Shown piece by piece: positions 18,950-28,881 of a stretch of 64,000 bases of DNA. The notes under the pieces were generated by a model, which searched no databases, was not told where the DNA came from, and saw only the letters and a program-made list of their open reading frames with translations. This DNA comes from Candidatus Micrarchaeota archaeon (GTDB lineage Archaea; B1Sed10-29; JAJRYS01). The translations under genes were made by a program, and so were the position numbers. Each line of letters starts with the position of its first letter. Within the stretch, counting starts at the first letter, position 1. The stretch covers positions 64,001 to 128,000 of the forward strand of contig CAZXTN010000001.1 in the NCBI GenBank assembly GCA_964643685.1, read 5' to 3'.

Positions 18950-21900
18950 TTGAAAATGAATTTAAAAGAAATTTATTTGAAAATTGAAGACAAGTGGTTT
19001 GACTTGCTTGATTCTCTTGATGAAAAAGGAGTGCCTGTTTACAAGGCAGTGGATCCTCTTGAAAAAAAAGGCATACCTACCTTGCCTGTTTTCATAGCTC
19101 TTCTTCTTGCTTTTACTTTCTTAATAACTTCTCCTATGACTTCTTCTCCTTCAATGCTTAAAATAACAGTAATTAACCAAGAAGGACAGCCACTGGCAAA
19201 TGCCAATATTACTTTGCTTGATTCACAGTTAAACCAAGTTGCTTCGCTTCAAACAGACGCGTCAGGGCAAGTTGAATTGAATTTGAAAAAAGGAACTTAT
19301 TACAGCAACATAAGAGCAGAGGACTGCGACAGCGCCATTAATGAAGAAATTTACTTCGTGTCAAACATGCAGGAAAAAGAAATTGAGTTAACATGCCAAG
19401 GGGTTTCACTTGCTGGAAATCAAAGCAGTTTCTGCTTCAATCCATCTGAAGTAGGGGATGTTGAAGTTAAAAAATACCATTTAGGAGTTGAAGCAAGCAG
19501 TGAAGACTGCGGAACTGACGAATGCGTTTTTTCCCCTGAACCTGGAAACACTTACATTTTTTCAACGCCTGATTACGTGTCAAGGCAATTGACTTACGTT
19601 AACTTGATGAATTACTTAAACAGCGAAGAATGCATTGACATGGATGAAAGGATAACTGTCCCTGAAAACCCTCAGCCTGTTTTAGTTGAAGTTAAAAACA
19701 GCGACGGGAACCTGCTTTCATTTGCAACAGTCCAGCTAGTTAACCCGAATGACACAAGCGTTGCATTGTATGAAAAAATGACAAGCGAGAATGGAACAGC
19801 TCTTTTCAAAGTAGAGCTTGGAACTGTTTTCAAAGTAAAAGTAAGCGGAACAGAAGAAACCCTAACTTACATTGATTCAAAAGCTTATGAAACGCCATTA
19901 GGAGGGCTTAACGTAAGCGTAAAAGTAGATTTAAGCGCGTCAAGCCACATTAAAATTTACGAAAAAACAGAACTTGGAAAAGTAGATTCAAAAAACACGC
20001 AAGTAACAGTCATAGACAAAGAATTAAAGCAAATTGTGGCAAGCAAGCAGACAAATTCAACAGGAGAAGTCGTGCTTGGTGTGGAAAAGAACAAGGAGTA
20101 CAAGCTTGCAATATGGAAAAAAGGATTTAATTACACTGAAACTGAATTGACAGGAGGAGAAGATAAGGAGATAACTCTCCATCCTGTTCTTGAAAACCAA
20201 GTTGGAGCAATAAGAGTAAAAGTAATGCTTGAAGATGAAAAATTAGGAGGAGCAACAGTGCATTTGAAAACAAGCGACGGAATGCCAACAGGAATATTCG
20301 CTCCTCCAACAAGATCAAACGGTTACACTTCATTCAGTAACGTGCCTGCAGGAAGCTACTGCCTCACAGTAAGCAGGAAGATAGGAAAAGAAAGCGACTG
20401 CGAAGCAGTTACAGTAACAGCAGGTGAAACAAGCGATGTTGAAATAAAACTTGAAAAAAGAAAGTATCAAGTGACAGTAAAGGTAACAGATGAAAGCGGA
20501 AGCCCAATAGACGAAGCAAGCGTAAAATTAATTGATGAAAAAGGAGAAGAAGTATGCAGCAGCACAAGCGAGTTGTTTGAAGGAGAATTTACATGCGACG
20601 TCAAAGAAGCAACTAAAATAAAAGCAACTGCAAGATATGAAGATAATGGAAAAATATACTCTGCTTCTGCTTATCTTGGAAAAATAGAGCAACCAGTAGA
20701 ACAAAAACTAGTTTTAAGAGAGCTTACAACAGATGTGAAAATAATTGGAATAAAAGCACCTGATGGAACAGAATTAAATTTAGGTTCAGATAAGATTAAA
20801 GCAGGGGTAACAGGTTACAAGGCGATAGTGTCAATTGGATTGCCTAATTACTCTGATTCAAAATGGAGCAATGTTGAATTCACTATAAACGAAGACACAG
20901 GGACATTCGAGTTCTACTCAGGACAAGATGACTACTTCGAAGCCTCAAGCACTGATGAAAAAGCAAGCACAAGAACATTCAATTTAAAAGCATCTAAAAA
21001 AGACTATGAAATAGGAAATCATCAGCTTGAAATTCCATTCAGAGTAAAAACAATAAACGCTGAAACAGGAGAATATGAATTAAAAATTTCAGGAAAATGG
21101 GAAGCACCTAACGGCGATTCATTCAATTATCCTCCAGGAGATGAAGAGGAAAAATTAAAAGTTAATGTGACAGCCGAGCAATGCGAGCAAGTTGGAGACT
21201 TCAGCGTATGCTATTCAATACAGCAAGGGGAGAATTGGGTCAACCCAGTTGCACAAGGAAGCCTTTCTTTTGAAACAGGAGACAAGATAAACATTTCAAT
21301 GAAGATAACAAACGAAGGAAGCGATTTCAAAGGAGAAATTCAAGTAAATGATGATTACTATAAAGGCAGCTTGTTCTCAGAAGTAAGCTCAATAAAAAAG
21401 CAAGGAAGCAGCCAAAACCTGATGCTAGGAAGAGATTATCAATTAAACAACTATGCTTTAAGCATAGAGGAAAACCCTAACACAGAGCTTAAAAACGGAG
21501 AAACAATGCTTTTAAACTTTTCATTAAAAGCAATAAAGCCAGATGCAACTCAGCTTACAGTGAAAATAGGAAGCGGGGAACAAGCTCTTCCTTTGATAAT
21601 AATAACAGGTGAACAAGATGCAAGACTTGTTATTGACAGTGACATTTATGACTTAAGCAATAACATCAGCTTCCATTTAGAATCAGTTGACGGAAGCAAA
21701 GTGCCAATAGGAGAGTATTACGGTTCAGGTTCCTGCGTGAAAGGATTATCAGGCTCTGACATCTGCCTTACTTCAACAAATTACCAGCTAGGGTTAATTA
21801 GTTTAGATTATGAAAACAATGAAGTGACAGTGACATTAACAGCAGACAATAACTTAGTGGGCATGAACAAAGTGCATTTTTCAATAACAGGAACTAGGAT

Positions 21901-24900
21901 AAAAGACATTGATGAATACAAGGATGTTGAATCATGCATTCAAGACGTTACAATCTACCCTATAATTGCTTATCAAACAGTTCCATGCAGCATTTACTTG
22001 AAAACAGGAGAAGCTTCAAGATTTGAATCAAAAAACAACCCAGACAGCACTGGCTTAGCTGCATGCACAACTGAAACTTACCCTTCTTCAAGCGATTCTC
22101 AAAACAGTCCTTACCAAATTATTTTCGGAAGCAAATGCGGAGCTGAAATAAAGGATATCAAGTACATAATAAACCCAGAGCAAGAGGACAACTTCAATCC
22201 AGGAATACTCACAGACCACTTCAACGAAGCAGCAGACTTATACTTTGATTACACACCTCCTTTCTCAGAAGGAACAGTATCAAACCAAGATATTTACAGA
22301 CAAATCAACTTAACCATCACATTTTCAAATGGAGAAGTTGAGAAAAAACTAAAACTCGCGCTGCCATTAACTTTAATAAACCAGGACATAAGCGCTTTCA
22401 ATGAAAACAGCATATTCCATGCATTTAAAACAACAAGTTTGGACAACCCTGACTGCTCAACAAATTACTGCACATTAGAACAATTTTTCAAGTCACTAAC
22501 AGAAAAATTAAACGCAAACCAGCAGATAGGAACAATAACAGTTAATTTAATAGGAGCAAATGACAGGATAAACGAGATAGAATTAAAAGAGATAATTCAA
22601 AAAGCAACAGGAGCAGATGTTCACTCTGGAGAACCAAGCGAAGACGTAAGCACAGGAACTAGCCTTCAAATTTACGTACCTGATCAATTGCTAAGCAATT
22701 CCATAAGCGATGGAAAATACGCTTTTTCAATCATTAAAAAAGCAGACAACATTTACGAAATAACAGGAGTAAGAGCAATAACCCAAATCAAAACAGGAGA
22801 CATTGACAAAATCGAGTCACACTTAACTTACTCAAAAACAGATTATACAGACATCATAGATAATAAGATGAAAACAGGATGGAAAATAAAAACAGAAGGA
22901 ACAAGCTTAACAGACACAAAAAAACAAGAAATAAACAATCACTTCAAAAGTGTTTTAAGAGCAATGTATGAAGATGAGGACAACTTGAATGAAGATGGAA
23001 CAGTTTCAGGAAGCCTTACAATAAACAATCAGGGAAGCGAAGCTAGGAACCAAGTGACTCTTGGAATCTGCAACACTTCAGATGATTCATTCGAAACTAA
23101 CAAAAAAGACATCACTACTTTATGCGGAAAATACTTCCTTTACTCAGGAGAATCAGCTGACTACAGTGGAATAATATTTGAAGAAACAGTAGGAGGAAAA
23201 GGAGTTTACTTCATAGCAACTAATGAAACAAACTTAATCACTTTACTGGACAATTACAAGAAAGCAATAATAAACACAAGAATAGGAGGAGTAACAGGAG
23301 GAAGTTCCTTAAAAATTTACAAAGGAGAAGCATGCTCTAACGGAGAAGAAGTAGGAAGTGACAATTGCGACGTGCAGTTTGAATCTAAGATACTAGCAAG
23401 AGCTCCTTCAACAATACATGTTTACTGCGGAGGAAGCATAACATGTAACCTCGATGACACAAGTGACGAGCTAACAAAAGCATTGAAAGAATACGGAGCA
23501 AAGGCAATTGGTTACGGAGAAGCTGAAATAAACCTAATTGAAGAAACAAACAAAGATGATGCTGACGTGATTATAACAACAAGAGACTCTGATGAATTTG
23601 AAGCATTGCAAAATAACTTCAGAGCAGTTGAAGGAATTCCAACAACCATTGAATTGCCTGACAATTACACTTTCACTGACATCAAAGGAGCAAAAGTAGT
23701 CATAGCTGAAAATGCAGAAGACGCTGCAAAAGTGCTTGAAAACAACGGAGCTCCATTGCAGTTGACAATGCAAGAACTTGACTCTGCATTAAAACAAGCA
23801 ATTTCAGACATAAGCAGCAGCGAAGATGAAGACAGCACAGAAGCAGTTACAAGAACAATGTTTGTAAATATTACAGACGCAAGCTGCTACATTGACTTAC
23901 AAAGCAGTTTAGAAGATGAAAAAGCAGGGTTAAAGATAATAAAGGGAGGGTTAAATAAGGATTACTTTGGAGAGGATTCTTTCAAAGAAAACTCAGAAAA
24001 CTGTAACTGGGTAACTAGCAGCGACATAAACTTACTTCCAGCAGAGTATTTGATTGAAATAACAAATAGTTTTACAGATTGCAATGCAAATAAGGATTAT
24101 CTTATTTATGCTTATCCATTAACAAGAAAGTATGATAACTTACTAAAAGAAAATGGTTATGACGTGTCAAAAGAAACTGACTTATGCGGAGCAGACATTA
24201 TAATGCCAACAACAAAACCAACTTCAATAACTCTTGCAGAACTAGTGCAAAAAATTTGGGGGGTTGAAATAGATGAGAACACTCCGCTTCCTTACAATTT
24301 AGGCACTTTTTATATAACTGATGAAAAATTAAAAATAATTGATAATGATGACCCAGAATTGAATACTGGAGCACTCATTGGACTAACTGACTGGTACAAA
24401 GAAGCTGCTTGGAATGATGAACCTTTAGCTAAAAGTCCAATATGCAATCTTGGGCCAGGTGGCCAGGATGAGGGAGACATAGGCACAGAAAAAGGAGGAA
24501 ATTGGGAAGTAATCTCTTGGAATGATGGAAATGAAATTCATAAAACTAATCCTGAAATTCTGGAAAAAAGTTATTGTATTAACTTGTGGCCAGAAGACAA
24601 TCCTAGCCCTGCTAAAAAAGGAGACATTGTCACTATCCAAATATTGGCTGATTGGCATTTAGCACAAGGAAGATTAAATACAAGGCATAAAACTCAAGTA
24701 AGAAATGTCTTTATATCAGATATCTCAAATGTTTGCCCTGAAGGTTATGATTTCAAGCCAGCTGAATTAGGACAAACAGGAGGAGTATGCATAAAAGAAG
24801 CTTCAGGAAGCAATTCAGAAAAATCAAGAGAGTATGTTGCTGCAAGTGGAACAATTTGCAGAACAAGTTCTGCATTTAATGAGTGTAAGGATGCAAGCAA

Positions 24901-25102
24901 TTTGGATGTAACAGATTACAATCCAGAAAATTGTGGCACTTCTAAAGAAATAACAACTTTAACCACAATTACCAACTACTACCATTGCCCATCTAATTAC
25001 ATTTGCACTGAAGAAGCTAATTATATTGGAGGAGGGATATGCTGTCCTAATGACCATCCTAATTATGATCCAACAACAGAACAATGTTACTCTGAAAGTT
25101 AA
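18950..25102 (+). CDS. Giant membrane-anchored surface protein (2050 aa) with repeated carboxypeptidase-regulatory/Ig-like beta domains and Cys-rich tip
   Basis: N-terminal TM, repeated motifs such as V.V.N.EG.PL..A.V.L and T..SG.V, Cys-rich C-terminus, GGAGG RBS. Confidence 0.8.
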   Translation: MKMNLKEIYLKIEDKWFDLLDSLDEKGVPVYKAVDPLEKKGIPTLPVFIALLLAFTFLITSPMTSSPSMLKITVINQEGQPLANANITLLDSQLNQVASLQTDASGQVELNLKKGTYYSNIRAEDCDSAINEEIYFVSNMQEKEIELTCQGVSLAGNQSSFCFNPSEVGDVEVKKYHLGVEASSEDCGTDECVFSPEPGNTYIFSTPDYVSRQLTYVNLMNYLNSEECIDMDERITVPENPQPVLVEVKNSDGNLLSFATVQLVNPNDTSVALYEKMTSENGTALFKVELGTVFKVKVSGTEETLTYIDSKAYETPLGGLNVSVKVDLSASSHIKIYEKTELGKVDSKNTQVTVIDKELKQIVASKQTNSTGEVVLGVEKNKEYKLAIWKKGFNYTETELTGGEDKEITLHPVLENQVGAIRVKVMLEDEKLGGATVHLKTSDGMPTGIFAPPTRSNGYTSFSNVPAGSYCLTVSRKIGKESDCEAVTVTAGETSDVEIKLEKRKYQVTVKVTDESGSPIDEASVKLIDEKGEEVCSSTSELFEGEFTCDVKEATKIKATARYEDNGKIYSASAYLGKIEQPVEQKLVLRELTTDVKIIGIKAPDGTELNLGSDKIKAGVTGYKAIVSIGLPNYSDSKWSNVEFTINEDTGTFEFYSGQDDYFEASSTDEKASTRTFNLKASKKDYEIGNHQLEIPFRVKTINAETGEYELKISGKWEAPNGDSFNYPPGDEEEKLKVNVTAEQCEQVGDFSVCYSIQQGENWVNPVAQGSLSFETGDKINISMKITNEGSDFKGEIQVNDDYYKGSLFSEVSSIKKQGSSQNLMLGRDYQLNNYALSIEENPNTELKNGETMLLNFSLKAIKPDATQLTVKIGSGEQALPLIIITGEQDARLVIDSDIYDLSNNISFHLESVDGSKVPIGEYYGSGSCVKGLSGSDICLTSTNYQLGLISLDYENNEVTVTLTADNNLVGMNKVHFSITGTRIKDIDEYKDVESCIQDVTIYPIIAYQTVPCSIYLKTGEASRFESKNNPDSTGLAACTTETYPSSSDSQNSPYQIIFGSKCGAEIKDIKYIINPEQEDNFNPGILTDHFNEAADLYFDYTPPFSEGTVSNQDIYRQINLTITFSNGEVEKKLKLALPLTLINQDISAFNENSIFHAFKTTSLDNPDCSTNYCTLEQFFKSLTEKLNANQQIGTITVNLIGANDRINEIELKEIIQKATGADVHSGEPSEDVSTGTSLQIYVPDQLLSNSISDGKYAFSIIKKADNIYEITGVRAITQIKTGDIDKIESHLTYSKTDYTDIIDNKMKTGWKIKTEGTSLTDTKKQEINNHFKSVLRAMYEDEDNLNEDGTVSGSLTINNQGSEARNQVTLGICNTSDDSFETNKKDITTLCGKYFLYSGESADYSGIIFEETVGGKGVYFIATNETNLITLLDNYKKAIINTRIGGVTGGSSLKIYKGEACSNGEEVGSDNCDVQFESKILARAPSTIHVYCGGSITCNLDDTSDELTKALKEYGAKAIGYGEAEINLIEETNKDDADVIITTRDSDEFEALQNNFRAVEGIPTTIELPDNYTFTDIKGAKVVIAENAEDAAKVLENNGAPLQLTMQELDSALKQAISDISSSEDEDSTEAVTRTMFVNITDASCYIDLQSSLEDEKAGLKIIKGGLNKDYFGEDSFKENSENCNWVTSSDINLLPAEYLIEITNSFTDCNANKDYLIYAYPLTRKYDNLLKENGYDVSKETDLCGADIIMPTTKPTSITLAELVQKIWGVEIDENTPLPYNLGTFYITDEKLKIIDNDDPELNTGALIGLTDWYKEAAWNDEPLAKSPICNLGPGGQDEGDIGTEKGGNWEVISWNDGNEIHKTNPEILEKSYCINLWPEDNPSPAKKGDIVTIQILADWHLAQGRLNTRHKTQVRNVFISDISNVCPEGYDFKPAELGQTGGVCIKEASGSNSEKSREYVAASGTICRTSSAFNECKDASNLDVTDYNPENCGTSKEITTLTTITNYYHCPSNYICTEEANYIGGGICCPNDHPNYDPTTEQCYSES

Positions 25103-25182
25103 CCCTCTCCTTATTTCTTTTCTTTTTTTTCCTTAATGTTTTTATATCTTGTTTGTTTTTGTTTTAATTAGAAATTAGAGGC

Positions 25183-25605
25183 TTGTTGAAAATGTTTGTT
25201 TTAGGTTTGTTTGATTCCATGTTTAATGCAATGGGCGTTGGGCAAGACTTTAACTTGCTGATGCTTGGTTTTAAAATTGTTATTCTGCTTTACATTATTC
25301 AGTTTTTTAAAAACAGGTTCGGTGAATCGCCAGTAGTTACTTTGCTAGTGGCTGGAGTGGCTTACTTGTTCCTGTTCACAAGTTATTTCAAAATATTCGG
25401 GCCAATGATGTTTGTTTACTTGTTTGTGATATTTGGCTTTACTTCAATTTTGTTTGACTTGGCTATTGCAAAGCCGTGGAAAAGCATGGATATGCATGGT
25501 GAAATGGAAGCAGGGGAAGAAGAAGGAGGGCATGGTGTTCATCACAGTTTTAAAGAAGCTCAGCATCAGCAGCATAGTTTAAGGAAAATGAGAGCAAGGT
25601 ATTGA
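25183..25605 (+). CDS. Small membrane protein, family A, His-rich C-tail
   Basis: About 3 TM. Shares a helix-turn(G.S)-helix(Y) pattern with 25613, 26057 and 26284. Confidence 0.75.
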   Translation: MLKMFVLGLFDSMFNAMGVGQDFNLLMLGFKIVILLYIIQFFKNRFGESPVVTLLVAGVAYLFLFTSYFKIFGPMMFVYLFVIFGFTSILFDLAIAKPWKSMDMHGEMEAGEEEGGHGVHHSFKEAQHQQHSLRKMRARY

Positions 25606-25612
25606 AAGGTGT

Positions 25613-25957
25613 TTGAAAGAAATGAAGTTGAAAGCAGTTGAAAAGAGGGGTTTTTTGAATACGAATTTTTTAACCATTATCCTCGTGTTTGTTTTGATAA
25701 TGCTTTTGCCTATTGTGTTTTCAGTTAGTTTTCCTATTATCAAGCTTATTATTATGGCTTATTTTGCTTTGCTTATCTTTATTTTTGTCAGGAATATTCT
25801 TGGAAATTCTATTCTTACTTATGTTATCAGCGGTTTGTTGATTTACATTTTAGTTGTTAAGTTCTGGTACTTGTTTGCGCCTGCTTACATGCTTTATTTG
25901 ATTGGAAGCATGTTTTTAAGCGGTTTGATAATCTTTGGTTTACAAAAAGGACCGTAA
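25613..25957 (+). CDS. Small membrane protein, family A, possible class III signal (KRG/FL)
   Basis: Almost entirely hydrophobic, contains FVRNILGNSILTYVISGLLIY. Confidence 0.75.
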   Translation: MKEMKLKAVEKRGFLNTNFLTIILVFVLIMLLPIVFSVSFPIIKLIIMAYFALLIFIFVRNILGNSILTYVISGLLIYILVVKFWYLFAPAYMLYLIGSMFLSGLIIFGLQKGP

Positions 25958-26056
25958 AGTCAATTTAATAAGCTTAGAAGCAGGGTGTTTTGCAGGGAGT
26001 GTAGTTATTTTAGTTTTCAATAAAGCTTAAAAACAAGGAGTTGTTTAATTAAAAAC

Positions 26057-26281
26057 ATGGGTTTGCTTTGGAGCGATGTTAGAATTGCTTTAATGATAAT
26101 TGTTTTTATTTATTTGTTGCAGTGGACTGTTGATTTTACTAAGTCTAAGGCTTTGGGTTTGATTTTAGCTTCTGTTATTGCTTATTTGACTTTTTATCAG
26201 CATTATGAAATTTTGGTGTTTATTTTGGTTTTCTTTTTCGGTTATCCTTTTTTTGAAAAATTGGCAGAGGGTTTTGATTAA
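26057..26281 (+). CDS. Small membrane protein, family A
   Basis: IYLLQWTVDFTKSKALGLILASVIAYLTF. Confidence 0.75.
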   Translation: MGLLWSDVRIALMIIVFIYLLQWTVDFTKSKALGLILASVIAYLTFYQHYEILVFILVFFFGYPFFEKLAEGFD

Positions 26282-26283
26282 TT

Positions 26284-26583
26284 ATGGATACTTTTACGAC
26301 TGTTGTGATGTTGTTGATTGCTTTCATGGCTTGGAGCATGGGTTTTGATTACATTTTTTTAGGCTTAGCTGCTTTTACTATTTTGTTGAGTCACAGTTGG
26401 GGCATGGCTAGTATTTTGATTTTGGGAATTGGCGCTGTTTATTTGTTTGGCTTGAAGGAGTATTGGTTTGTTTTGTTTATTATTATAATTGCTTTTGTTT
26501 TGATTAAGAATGAGAAGCAGGGGAGTAATGCTGGAGGGGGAAGTTATTCGCCTGAGTTGATGAACTTGCTTGGCGGTTATTGA
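26284..26583 (+). CDS. Small membrane protein (family A-like)
   Basis: Several short hydrophobic helices, polar tail, 2-nt gap after the previous gene. Confidence 0.7.
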   Translation: MDTFTTVVMLLIAFMAWSMGFDYIFLGLAAFTILLSHSWGMASILILGIGAVYLFGLKEYWFVLFIIIIAFVLIKNEKQGSNAGGGSYSPELMNLLGGY

Positions 26584-26605
26584 TTTAAAAAATTGGGTTT
26601 TTTGA

Positions 26606-26938
26606 ATGGCAAGTGATTCGCAGTTGTTTATTGGTTTTTTAGTTGTTGTTTTGCTTGGTTTTGTTTACAATCAAATTTGGCTGAGTTTTGTAATTGGAGC
26701 TGTGTTGTTTTTAATGTTGTTTTTACAGGAGGAGCCTGTGAAAAAAAGTTCTTCTTCTAGTGTGATTGTCAGGCCTATTAAAGTTCAGAGGAAGTATGAG
26801 GAAGGTGCTTCGATTTACCCTAAGAAGATGGAGATTCATTTAGCTGAAAGAGGCCCTCCTAAAGCTTGGGAGAGGGGGCCTGAGCCTATTGGAAAGGCAG
26901 TTGGTAAGGGTTTGAAGTGGTTGTTTAATCATTTTTGA
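26606..26938 (+). CDS. Small membrane protein, family B (TM hairpin + YPxKM + C-terminal amphipathic helix)
   Basis: IYPKKMEIH ... IGKAVGKGLKWLFNHF. Confidence 0.75.
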   Translation: MASDSQLFIGFLVVVLLGFVYNQIWLSFVIGAVLFLMLFLQEEPVKKSSSSSVIVRPIKVQRKYEEGASIYPKKMEIHLAERGPPKAWERGPEPIGKAVGKGLKWLFNHF

Positions 26939-26989
26939 AGGTGTTTTGGCATTTGAAATGGAAAAAGCCTTGTTTTTTTAAAGTTTGAA

Positions 26990-27343
26990 TTGCTTAATAT
27001 AAAGTTGATGGACAGTAGAAGTATTGTTTTGATACTCGCTTTGGTTATTTTTTCTTATTACTTAGGCTTGAATTGGCTTGTGTTGCTGTTGTCAATTGTA
27101 TTGTTTTTAATTGGGCTTGGTTCTGTTAAGAGAAGTTCAGGTGAAGTTAAGAAAGAAGTTAACAAGAACCCTGATGTGATTTATCCTGTGATTTACGAGG
27201 ATGTTGGAGAGCCTCCTTTGCTTTATCCTGAAAAAATGGGGGTTAAAATTTACGATGCTTCTAAGAAGACAAGTGCTTTGGAAGATGCTTTAAGGGGCAT
27301 TGGTTCAGGAGCAAAGGCTTTGATTAAATTTTTAACAAAGTGA
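26990..27343 (+). CDS. Small membrane protein, family B
   Basis: LYPEKMGVK ... ALRGIGSGAKALIKFLTK. ATG at 27008 is the likely start. Confidence 0.75.
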   Translation: MLNIKLMDSRSIVLILALVIFSYYLGLNWLVLLLSIVLFLIGLGSVKRSSGEVKKEVNKNPDVIYPVIYEDVGEPPLLYPEKMGVKIYDASKKTSALEDALRGIGSGAKALIKFLTK

Positions 27344-27356
27344 ATGAAAGAGTTGA

Positions 27357-27704
27357 GTGAAAATGAATTCAAGGACAGTTTTGTTAGTGAGTTTAATTGC
27401 AGGTGTTGCTGTTTATTCTTCAATGCCTTCAATTGGATTCTTGATAATTGTGTTTAGTTTGATTGGCTTGCTTGCAACTGTTTTTTCAAAAAAGCAGGAG
27501 GCGAAGAGCGGAAGCAGTTATAAGATGGGTGAGGAGATTGTTATTGAGTCAACAAAGCAGCTTCCTTACAGGATTCCATCTAAAATGAATTTGACTTACT
27601 CTCCTAATTCAAAGCAAAGGAAGCCGTGGTGGACTAAAGTTACAAGCAAGGGCATTTTGCCTAATGTTGCTAAAGGCATTGGAAAGTTGTTGAAAGAGTT
27701 GTGA
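27357..27704 (+). CDS. Small membrane protein, family B
   Basis: RIPSKMNLT ... NVAKGIGKLLKEL. Confidence 0.75.
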   Translation: MKMNSRTVLLVSLIAGVAVYSSMPSIGFLIIVFSLIGLLATVFSKKQEAKSGSSYKMGEEIVIESTKQLPYRIPSKMNLTYSPNSKQRKPWWTKVTSKGILPNVAKGIGKLLKEL

Positions 27705-27725
27705 GAGAACTATTTTTTTAAGTGG

Positions 27726-28238
27726 TTGCTGATGAGAAGTTTGCTTATTGGACTTGTGCTTGTTTTAGTAGGTTGGGTTACTGGAAGCAGTGTTCTTGTT
27801 TTTTTAGGTGTTGTTTTGACAGCTGTTGTTGTTTTTCTTGAAAAAGAAGAGAAAGTTGTTTATGAGTATGTGGATAACAAGCCGAAGCATGTTGTTATTC
27901 AATCAAAGCCAGTTGAAACCAAGGCTCCTCTTCCAAATGAAGTGCTTTCGCCTGTTGGCAGGGCTATTTATGACAAGGAAGTTAAGCCGTTGGAGGATAA
28001 GGTTAAGAAGTTGAGAGTGGATTCTCTTGTTGCAAAAGGAGAAGTAAAGGAGAAGCTGTTGAAAGAGTTGAAGGATGCTGAGAAGGAGTATGAGGAGAAA
28101 TTAAATAAAGTGTCTGCTCTTCCTTTCGGAGTTAGGAAAGAGGCTTCTAATCCTGTTTACAGTTTGTTTAAGGGAATTGGAATAAACTTGAGTGTTAAGA
28201 TTGTTTCTAAGTTGTTTGATAAGAAAGACAAGAAGTAG
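27726..28238 (+). CDS. Membrane protein, family B-like with inserted coiled coil
   Basis: TM hairpin, PLPNEV, coiled-coil segment, C-terminal SLFKGIGINLSVKIVSKLF. Confidence 0.7.
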   Translation: MLMRSLLIGLVLVLVGWVTGSSVLVFLGVVLTAVVVFLEKEEKVVYEYVDNKPKHVVIQSKPVETKAPLPNEVLSPVGRAIYDKEVKPLEDKVKKLRVDSLVAKGEVKEKLLKELKDAEKEYEEKLNKVSALPFGVRKEASNPVYSLFKGIGINLSVKIVSKLFDKKDKK

Positions 28239-28248
28239 GAGAGTTTTT

Positions 28249-28824
28249 TTATTTTTTTTCAAGTTTTAAGAGCATTTTTTTGTTTATTTCAATTAACTGC
28301 TGCTGCAGGTCAGCCATGCCTTTGATTAATGGCTTGAGTTCAATAAGCATTTCTTTGACTTCTCTTATTTCGCTTTTAAGGAAGGAAGTTTCGTTTAAGT
28401 TTTTTTCAATTTCTTCGTGTTTAGTGTGCAGGGTGTTTATTTTTTGATTTATTGTTTCAAGTGTCTGCGCGTGTTGTGAAAATTTGTCATTCAGGGAATT
28501 TAAGGAAGAGGAGTGTTCAGTTACTTTTCCGTGTATTTCATTGACTTCTTGTTTTATGCCTTTTGTTTCTTCAGTTGCTTTTTTAACTTCTTCAACTGCT
28601 GGGTTAAAAGCGCTTCCGCTTAGCACGACTTCGTGGACGTCATTAACTTTTTCATGAATGTCTTTCAAGTTAGGCTGAGCTGATACAGAGCCGATGAGCT
28701 CGTCTACCTCAAGTGAAGATAAGCCTATTGCTGTTAAGGTGCTTTTGATTTCTGCTGTTGAGCTTCCTTCTTTTTTCATTGATTTTATTATGTTTAAAAT
28801 CTTGTTTTTCTTATCCTCGTCCAT
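28249..28824 (-). CDS. Coiled-coil protein with small N-terminal helical domain
   Basis: Heptad-like pattern over most of its length. Confidence 0.7.
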   Translation of the reverse strand: MDEDKKNKILNIIKSMKKEGSSTAEIKSTLTAIGLSSLEVDELIGSVSAQPNLKDIHEKVNDVHEVVLSGSAFNPAVEEVKKATEETKGIKQEVNEIHGKVTEHSSSLNSLNDKFSQHAQTLETINQKINTLHTKHEEIEKNLNETSFLKSEIREVKEMLIELKPLIKGMADLQQQLIEINKKMLLKLEKK

Positions 28825-28881
28825 TATTCATAGTTAAAAACATTTAAGTTTAAATACCCATCCTATGTAAATTAACAAATA

